Source of the DNA: Planctomycetota bacterium
GTDB lineage: Bacteria; Planctomycetota; GCA-002687715; CAIWVZ01
Direction: 5' to 3'
DNA length: 64,000 nt
NCBI GenBank assembly: GCA_044222185.1
Contig: JBGANV010000001.1
Location: 1,504,001 to 1,568,000, forward strand
Shown: one piece after another, positions 56,893-64,000 of the stretch
Layout: each line of letters opens with the position of its first letter
Position numbering within the stretch: the stretch's first letter is position 1
The notes under the pieces: model-generated
Databases searched by the model: none
The model's input: the letters and a program-made list of their open reading frames with translations, nothing else
Told to the model about the DNA's origin: nothing
Made by a program: the position numbers and the translations under genes

Positions 56893-57915
56893 TCAGCGCC
56901 GGCGCGCGAGAACGAAGTCGGCGATCGCCTCGAACTCGGTGATCGAGCCCGCCGGCAGGCTGCGACGGACTGCGGTCACGGCCTTCGTCGCGTGCTGACG
57001 GGCGCGCGTGAGCGCGGCCTCGATGGAGCCGGTGCGCGTGAGCGTCCGGCGCATGAAGGCCAGATCGTCCGCCTCCGTCGCTCCTCCAGAAATCACGCGC
57101 ATCGCCCGCTCGCGCTCGGCACCCGTCGCATTCGCGAGCAGCATCAGGATCGGGAGCGTCATCTTGCCGTTGCGAAGATCGGTCCCGAGCGATTTGCCGA
57201 CGACGGCTTCATCGCCGATGAGGTCGAGGCAGTCGTCCGTGATCTGGAACGCGGTACCGAGTTCCATGCCGTACAAACCACAGGCGGACGCGACGTCGGG
57301 TGACGCACCCGCGATGTGGGCCGCCAGCTCGCAGCCGGCGGAATACAGCGCAGCCGTCTTGTCCTGGATGATGCGGTAGTAGAGCGCCTCGTCCACGTCC
57401 GTCGACTGGCGATGGCGATTCTGCAGGATCTCGCCCTCGCACAGGGTGCTCACGGCCTTCGTGAGGAGTTCGAGGCAGCGGAAGTCACCGAGACGGGCCA
57501 GGAGGTTGATCGCGCGCGCGAAGATCACGTCGCCGAGGAGGACCGCGTCGAAGTTCGACCAGCGTGCATTCACGGTCGAGTCGCGCCGGCGCATCCCGGC
57601 TTCGTCGATGACGTCATCGTGGACCAGCGTCGCCAGGTGGATGAGCTCGACGATGGCGCCGAGGCGGTAGTGCCGGGGGCTCGGGCCGCCGAGCGACCGC
57701 GCGATGAGAAGCACGAGGGCCGGGCGCAGCTTCTTTCCGGAGTAGCGCGCGACATGTGACGTCATGGCCGAGACTTCCGGCCGGTCCGCCTTCATGGCAT
57801 CGGAGATTTCCGCATCGACGCGAAGCAGCTCCGTGCCCAGACTCCTGTAAAGGCGGTCCAGTGCGGCCTCCGCCGGTTGGGAGACGGTCACGGTTGACGT
57901 CGCTGGTTGGCTCAC
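56893..57915 (-). CDS. Polyprenyl diphosphate synthase (IspB/HepT-like)
   Basis: GKKLRP, LVHDDVID..RR, KTA, FQITDDCLD, GKMTLP. Confidence 0.92.
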   Translation of the reverse strand: MSQPATSTVTVSQPAEAALDRLYRSLGTELLRVDAEISDAMKADRPEVSAMTSHVARYSGKKLRPALVLLIARSLGGPSPRHYRLGAIVELIHLATLVHDDVIDEAGMRRRDSTVNARWSNFDAVLLGDVIFARAINLLARLGDFRCLELLTKAVSTLCEGEILQNRHRQSTDVDEALYYRIIQDKTAALYSAGCELAAHIAGASPDVASACGLYGMELGTAFQITDDCLDLIGDEAVVGKSLGTDLRNGKMTLPILMLLANATGAERERAMRVISGGATEADDLAFMRRTLTRTGSIEAALTRARQHATKAVTAVRRSLPAGSITEFEAIADFVLARRR

Positions 57916-57986
57916 GCGCAGCGCAGGCTAACTGAGGGTTTCAGGGCGATCAACGCGCGGCCAGAAGGCAACCTCGCGGCTCCTTT

Positions 57987-58601
57987 TCAGCCTCTACGTG
58001 ACCGCGCCATCCGCTCGGCGATCGCAAGCGTTTCGGCGTCGTTGACGTTCATGAACGCCTCCACCGGGTCGACTCCCGGAAACGCCACGTCCATCGGAAC
58101 GACGCATGCGCGAACGCGCTCGTGAAAGCAGTCGGCGCGGCGTTCACCGGACGAGAGGAGGTCCGCGATGACGGGGGCCAGATCCGCGGAAAGCAGCGCG
58201 GGAAAGGGCTCACGGTTCGCCCCATTGAGCAGGAGCACGGCATCGCTGCCCCGAACGTAGTGCAGGAGCCGGTCGCCTGTCTCGGCCGGCAGGTTGGGCA
58301 GATCACACGGTACGACGAGCAGGAACGGCGTCGTCGTCGCATCCAACAGCGCCGAGATCCCGGCAAGCGGTCCCAGCCCCGGCTCTCTGTCATCCACGCG
58401 CCTGGACCGCGCAGGCGGATCCGCGCCACCGGGACGCGTCGAAACGAGGATCGGCACGCCCTCGGGCGCCAGACGCGCGACGAGGTGTTCGATCATGGGA
58501 CGGCCGAGAAACGGGACCTGGGCCTTGTCGCGTCCCATGCGCCGGCTCTCACCGCCCGAGAGGACGCCCAAGGACCATTGCGGAGCGATGCGTCGCATCA
58601 C
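57987..58601 (-). CDS. mobA: Molybdenum cofactor guanylyltransferase
   Basis: LSGGESRRMGRDKA, GPLAGI, PCDLP, FMNVN. Confidence 0.88.
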   Translation of the reverse strand: MMRRIAPQWSLGVLSGGESRRMGRDKAQVPFLGRPMIEHLVARLAPEGVPILVSTRPGGADPPARSRRVDDREPGLGPLAGISALLDATTTPFLLVVPCDLPNLPAETGDRLLHYVRGSDAVLLLNGANREPFPALLSADLAPVIADLLSSGERRADCFHERVRACVVPMDVAFPGVDPVEAFMNVNDAETLAIAERMARSRRG

Positions 58602-58816
58602 CGCCGGTCGATCTCGAGCTTGATCGAGCGCGGGTGATCGACGCCACGTAGGGCCTCGACGAGCCCGGCGACCGAGCCCCCGACCATGTCGTGGATGAAC
58701 TCCTTCAGTTCGAGCCGCCGGCCGTCGACGTGCAACACGACGCGGAAGCGCTTGCCCGTTTCAGAAATCCGCCCGGAGGAGGATTCGCCAGCGTCACACC
58801 CGCTGCCGTCCATCAA
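58598..58816 (-). CDS. Small hypothetical protein (resembles a MobB C-terminal-type domain)
   Basis: VLHVDGRRLELKEFIHDMVGGSVAGLVEALRG; coupled between tatA and mobA. Confidence 0.5.
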   Translation of the reverse strand: MMDGSGCDAGESSSGRISETGKRFRVVLHVDGRRLELKEFIHDMVGGSVAGLVEALRGVDHPRSIKLEIDRR

Positions 58817-59082
58817 GCGTGGCCTTCACGATCGCGGGTTGCGGTCTCGACCTTGCGCGCGTCCCGGTTCTCGATCTGGGTCGGCCGCGCCTGGGTGGGA
58901 TCCTCCTCGCCGTCGCCTGATTCCTTGATCCCCTTCTTGAACTCCTTGATCGACATCCCGAAGCTCCGCGCGGCCTTCGGCAGTCGCGCTCCGAACAGCA
59001 CGAGCGCCAGGATGCAGATGACGATGAGCTCCGTGTTGCCGAGGCCCAAGAGCCCGAGCAGCGGCAGTGTCGAGGATGGCAT
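58813..59082 (-). CDS. tatA: Twin-arginine translocase TatA/E
   Basis: LGNTELIVI...LVLFGARLP...GMSIKEFKKG. Confidence 0.9.
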   Translation of the reverse strand: MPSSTLPLLGLLGLGNTELIVICILALVLFGARLPKAARSFGMSIKEFKKGIKESGDGEEDPTQARPTQIENRDARKVETATRDREGHA

Positions 59083-59144
59083 GTTGACCTTTCAGGCGAT
59101 CGGCGGCGCGCCGACACGGCCGCGATTCTACCACTGGCGCGGCA

Positions 59145-59645
59145 TCATCCCCGGGGTGGCGTGCGGTCGTCGGCACGGCGAGCGCGGAAGGTCGACCGAG
59201 CCTTGCCCCACCACCTAGCCCATTCCGTTTGATCCTGCCCGAAGCTCTTCCCGGTGACCTTTGCCAGGGCTTCGGCGGCGGATGCGCGCTTCTCCGCATC
59301 CTCGCTCGAAAGCGTTCGAATCAGTCCATCCACCAGGACCCGCTCCTCCTTGTAGGAGGGTCCATAGATCTGCTGATTCACGACGTCCATGATCCCGTCG
59401 AGGATGCGTGCGAGGCGGTTCTTGTCGGCGATCACGCCGCTGAGGAAGAGGAACGCAAAGGCGACGAAGAAGCGCGTGACGACCTCCGGGTCCTTCGCCG
59501 CGCGTTGCAGCGCCGCATACCCCGTCGCCTCCGGGAAGAAGAGACTCGCAAGAAGGTAGATCCCGAGAACGAGCGGGACGTTCTGCCACACGGAGCTGCG
59601 CGATCGCTTCAGGGGCGCGGCTCCGCCCTGTGGAGGGGTGCTCAC
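59145..59645 (-). CDS. Hypothetical membrane protein with C-terminal HEAT-like repeat
   Basis: Two TM segments, then [27 protein letters not shown]; GTG overlaps murA stop. Confidence 0.65.
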   Translation of the reverse strand: MSTPPQGGAAPLKRSRSSVWQNVPLVLGIYLLASLFFPEATGYAALQRAAKDPEVVTRFFVAFAFLFLSGVIADKNRLARILDGIMDVVNQQIYGPSYKEERVLVDGLIRTLSSEDAEKRASAAEALAKVTGKSFGQDQTEWARWWGKARSTFRARRADDRTPPRG

Positions 59646-60958
59646 GAGCCGCTCCGAGTGATGTGCGCGCCGAGTGAGCGCAGTCGCCCCTCGACGTCCT
59701 CGTACCCGCGATCGACCTGATGCGCGTTGCGGATGGTGGATTTGCCCGGGGCCGCCAGCGCCGCGGCAATGAGCGCCATGCCTGCACGGATGTCCGGGGA
59801 GGCCATGGCCGCGCCATGCAGGCGCGAGGGTCCGATGACAACGGCGCGGTGAGGATCGCACAGCACCACGCGCGCGCCCATGGCGATGAGTCGATCCACG
59901 AAGAAGAGTCGGCTCTCGAAGAGCTTCTCGTGAACGAGAACGGTGCCCTTGCATTGCGTCGCGAGGACGAGTGCCAGCGACGTCAGGTCCGCGGGGAACC
60001 CGGGCCATGGAGCGTCGTCCACCTTGGGCACGGCGCCGTCCACGTCGAATCGGACCTCCAGCTCCTGGTCACCCGGCACGACGAGTGAGGTGCCATCGAG
60101 ACACGTCTCCACGCCGAGGCGCGAGTAGACGAGGCGGATCATCCGCAGGTCCTGGGGAACGACGTCACGAATCGTCAGCTGTCCGCGCGTCATGGCTGCG
60201 ATGGCGATGAACGAGCCGATCTCGATGTGATCCGCCGAAAGGCGATGCGGCGTCGGTCGCAGCGAATCCACGCCGTCGATCTCGAGGCGATTGGTTCCGA
60301 TGCCGCGAATGCGCGCGCCCATGGCGTTCAGTGCTCGGCAGAGGCCCTGCACGTGGGGCTCGCACGCGGCGTTCTGGATCGTCGATGCCCCGACGGCGAC
60401 GGCGGCCGCCATCACGGCGTTCTCCGTCGCCATCACGCTCGCTTCGTCGAGGAAGACGTCGGCCCCTCGAAAGCGGCCGCCGCCGAGACTGAGCACGTAG
60501 TTCTCGCCCTCGACCTCGACGGTTGCTCCGAGTTCGCGCAACGCGAGCAGGTGCGTGTCGAGCCGGCGACGGCCAATCTTGTCGCCTCCAGGAGTGGGAA
60601 GCACGGCACGCCCGTTCCGGTGCAGCAGGCCCGGCGCCATGAGAAACGACCCGCGGATGGCGGACGCGAGCGTACGGTCGGGATCGCGACTGCCGAGCGT
60701 CGTGGAATCGAGCTGGATCTCGTGATCGCCGGTGACGCTCACGTCCACGCCGACGTCCGAGAGCACCTCCAGCAACGTCTCCACGTCGCGGATCATGGGG
60801 ACGTTCGAGACGGCGAACGGCCCCGGACAGAGCAGCGATGCGGCGACGACCGGCAGCGCTTCGTTCTTGTTCCCTGACGGTGTGACGACCCCGGAAATGG
60901 GGTGGCCGCCCTCGACGATGAACACGTCGCCGCGAGGCAGCCCACGAAAGAATGCCAC
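59642..60958 (-). CDS. murA: UDP-N-acetylglucosamine 1-carboxyvinyltransferase
   Basis: [45 protein letters not shown]. Confidence 0.95.
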   Translation of the reverse strand: MAFFRGLPRGDVFIVEGGHPISGVVTPSGNKNEALPVVAASLLCPGPFAVSNVPMIRDVETLLEVLSDVGVDVSVTGDHEIQLDSTTLGSRDPDRTLASAIRGSFLMAPGLLHRNGRAVLPTPGGDKIGRRRLDTHLLALRELGATVEVEGENYVLSLGGGRFRGADVFLDEASVMATENAVMAAAVAVGASTIQNAACEPHVQGLCRALNAMGARIRGIGTNRLEIDGVDSLRPTPHRLSADHIEIGSFIAIAAMTRGQLTIRDVVPQDLRMIRLVYSRLGVETCLDGTSLVVPGDQELEVRFDVDGAVPKVDDAPWPGFPADLTSLALVLATQCKGTVLVHEKLFESRLFFVDRLIAMGARVVLCDPHRAVVIGPSRLHGAAMASPDIRAGMALIAAALAAPGKSTIRNAHQVDRGYEDVEGRLRSLGAHITRSGS

Positions 60959-61046
60959 GGTGATCTCCCCTGCGCGTTGGCGCGGTTTCAGGATATCACG
61001 TGGCTGCGAGGCCGCCGCCGGCCGGCCCGCGGCGCCGGTCAGCGCA

Positions 61047-61925
61047 TCAAGGCTTGTAGACCTGCGCGAGCGTCGCCCCCATCTCGGATGGGCTCCTGCA
61101 GACGGCGATCCCAGCGGCCTCCATGGCGCGCATCTTGTCGGCAGCCTTGCCAGACCCGCCGGAAATGATCGCGCCGGCGTGTCCCATGCGCTTCCCGGGC
61201 GGCGCCGTCTGACCCGCGATGAAGCCGACGACCGGCTTCTTCACGTTCGACTTCACGTACTCGGCGGCTTCCTCTTCGTTCGTCCCGCCGATCTCTCCGA
61301 TCATGACGATGGCGCGGGTGTCGGGGTCCGCGTTGAACAGCTTCATCGCCTGGATGTGCGTGGTGCCGATCAGCGGGTCGCCGCCGATTCCGATGCACGT
61401 GCTCTGTCCGATGCCGCGCTGCGTGAGTTGCCAGACGGCCTCGTAGGTCAGCGTCCCGGACCGGGAGATCACGCCGACGTGTCCGCGCTTGTGGATGTAG
61501 CCCGGCATGATGCCGATCTTGCACTCATCGGGAGTGATGATTCCCGGACAATTCGGTCCGATGATCACCATCTGGCTGCCGCGGGACTTCAGCGTCGCGA
61601 ACACCTTGGCCATGTCAGATGCCGGACACCCTTCGGTGATCGGAACGCAGACCTTGATGCCCGCATCGTCCGCCTCGAGGATCGAGTCGGCGAGGAACGG
61701 CGCCGGAACGTAGATGACGGACGCCGTGGCGCCCGTGGCCTCGACGGCTTCTTCGACGGTGTCGAAGACCGGGACGCCGTCCTGTGCCTGCCCGCCCTTG
61801 CCAGGCGTCACGCCGCCGACGATCTTCGTCCCGTACTGCACCATCTGCTGTGCATGGAACTTGCCGGCCGAGCCCGTGATGCCCTGGACGAGGACCTTCG
61901 TGTTCTTGTCGACGAGGATGCTCAT
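61047..61925 (-). CDS. sucD: Succinyl-CoA synthetase alpha subunit
   Basis: [33 protein letters not shown]. Confidence 0.97.
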   Translation of the reverse strand: MSILVDKNTKVLVQGITGSAGKFHAQQMVQYGTKIVGGVTPGKGGQAQDGVPVFDTVEEAVEATGATASVIYVPAPFLADSILEADDAGIKVCVPITEGCPASDMAKVFATLKSRGSQMVIIGPNCPGIITPDECKIGIMPGYIHKRGHVGVISRSGTLTYEAVWQLTQRGIGQSTCIGIGGDPLIGTTHIQAMKLFNADPDTRAIVMIGEIGGTNEEEAAEYVKSNVKKPVVGFIAGQTAPPGKRMGHAGAIISGGSGKAADKMRAMEAAGIAVCRSPSEMGATLAQVYKP

Positions 61926-61953
61926 GTGCGTGTTTCCGCTGTCGTCCGTTGGT

Positions 61954-63123
<1,170 letters not shown>

Positions 63124-63219
63124 GCGTCGTTTCCAAGATGCGGCAAGCCGCCGCGCCGCCATTTCAGCGGGCGCGTAGGCTATCGCTCCGATGCGAGCGA
63201 AAGAAGGTTCGCTCCGCGG

Positions 63220-64000
63220 TCATTCCTCCGGGCCGGCGTAGCCAGCCGAAGGGTCGCCGGACGGATCGTCACGGCCATACTCGCCGATCAGCGCACGCAA
63301 GCGGCGGCGGGTTTCGGGGTCGTCGCTGAGGTCGGCGGTCCCGACCCGGTGGATCTTGATCGTGTTGGCCCCTGAGCCGCGAACGACGGACCCCGTCAGC
63401 ACGACCACGACGTCGCCAGCCTCGACGAATCCCGCCGCCAGCAGGCGCTGGATCCCGATGACGTAGAGATCGTCGATGTCCCGCGCCCGGGGCATGAGAA
63501 CCGGCGTCACGCCCCAGCACAACGCGAGGCGGTGGTAGGCGGAGAGGTTGTAGGTGCAGGCCACGACCGGTGTTCGCGGGCGCATTCCGGCCACGAGGAA
63601 GGCCGTCCACCCCGACGCCGTGAACGGGACGATGGCACGGGCGCCGACCTCCTCGGCCGCCACGCATGACGCGCGGACGGCGGCGTGGACGACGCCCTGT
63701 CCCTCTGGCAGGTGGAAGCGCGTCATCTCCCGCGAGAAGTGCTCGCTCTGCTCGGCGATGAGGGCGATCTCCGCCATGGTGCGGACGGTCTCCACCGGGA
63801 ACTTCCCTGTCGCCGTCTCGGCGGAGAGCATCACGACATCGGAGCCGTCGAAGATCGCGTTGGCGACGTCGCTGGCTTCGGCGCGCGTGGGCCGGGGATT
63901 TCGCGTCATGCTCTCCAGCATCTGCGTCGCCGTGATGACGAGGCGGCTCTTGCGCCGTGCGGCCGCGATGACCTGTTTCTGGACGACGGGCACGCGCTCG
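63220..64000 (-). CDS. pyk: Pyruvate kinase (5' part outside window)
   Basis: ITATQMLESM, PTRAEASDVANA, MLSAETATG, C-terminal alpha/beta domain. Confidence 0.93.
   Translation of the reverse strand, partial: ERVPVVQKQVIAAARRKSRLVITATQMLESMTRNPRPTRAEASDVANAIFDGSDVVMLSAETATGKFPVETVRTMAEIALIAEQSEHFSREMTRFHLPEGQGVVHAAVRASCVAAEEVGARAIVPFTASGWTAFLVAGMRPRTPVVACTYNLSAYHRLALCWGVTPVLMPRARDIDDLYVIGIQRLLAAGFVEAGDVVVVLTGSVVRGSGANTIKIHRVGTADLSDDPETRRRLRALIGEYGRDDPSGDPSAGYAGPEE

Overview
GC-rich bacterial chromosomal window, most consistent with a Planctomycetota lineage (inferred from the ECF sigma + Ser/Thr kinase-FGE modules and gene style; not verified by search). About 60 CDS; no rRNA, tRNA, CRISPR array, integrase or transposase was recognised. 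Housekeeping genes include ccsA, folE, nth, rpsU, HU, serS, mqnA, hpt, folD, mobA, tatA, murA, sucCD and partial pyk. Five features stand out. (1) A mirror-symmetric signalling cassette (11.2-20.6 kb): one ECF sigma factor sits between two paralogous transmembrane kinase-FGE/C-type-lectin-fold receptors, each followed by a paralog of an unrecognised ~540-aa secreted protein, and both kinase-to-protein gaps share TTTT-N3-GTCCG-N16-CCAAGTA at identical spacing (candidate ECF promoter). (2) A pentamer-only bacterial microcompartment locus of the sugar-phosphate-utilisation type (3 EutN/CcmL, RpiB and DeoC with encapsulation-peptide-like extensions, plus udp), apparently fed by a nearby nucleotide-scavenging operon (5'-nucleotidase, NupC, PNP, Cdd, phosphomutase). 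(3) A candidate sigma54-driven multi-hairpin sRNA at ~4.29-4.45 kb. (4) A type II secretion cluster with two tandem secretins and long disordered pseudopilin tails. (5) Several enzymes with altered catalytic residues (YkuD H>Q/C>S, M28-like, RpiB C>D, FolD K>Q, MurA C>D). All family calls come from motif recognition, not database searches.
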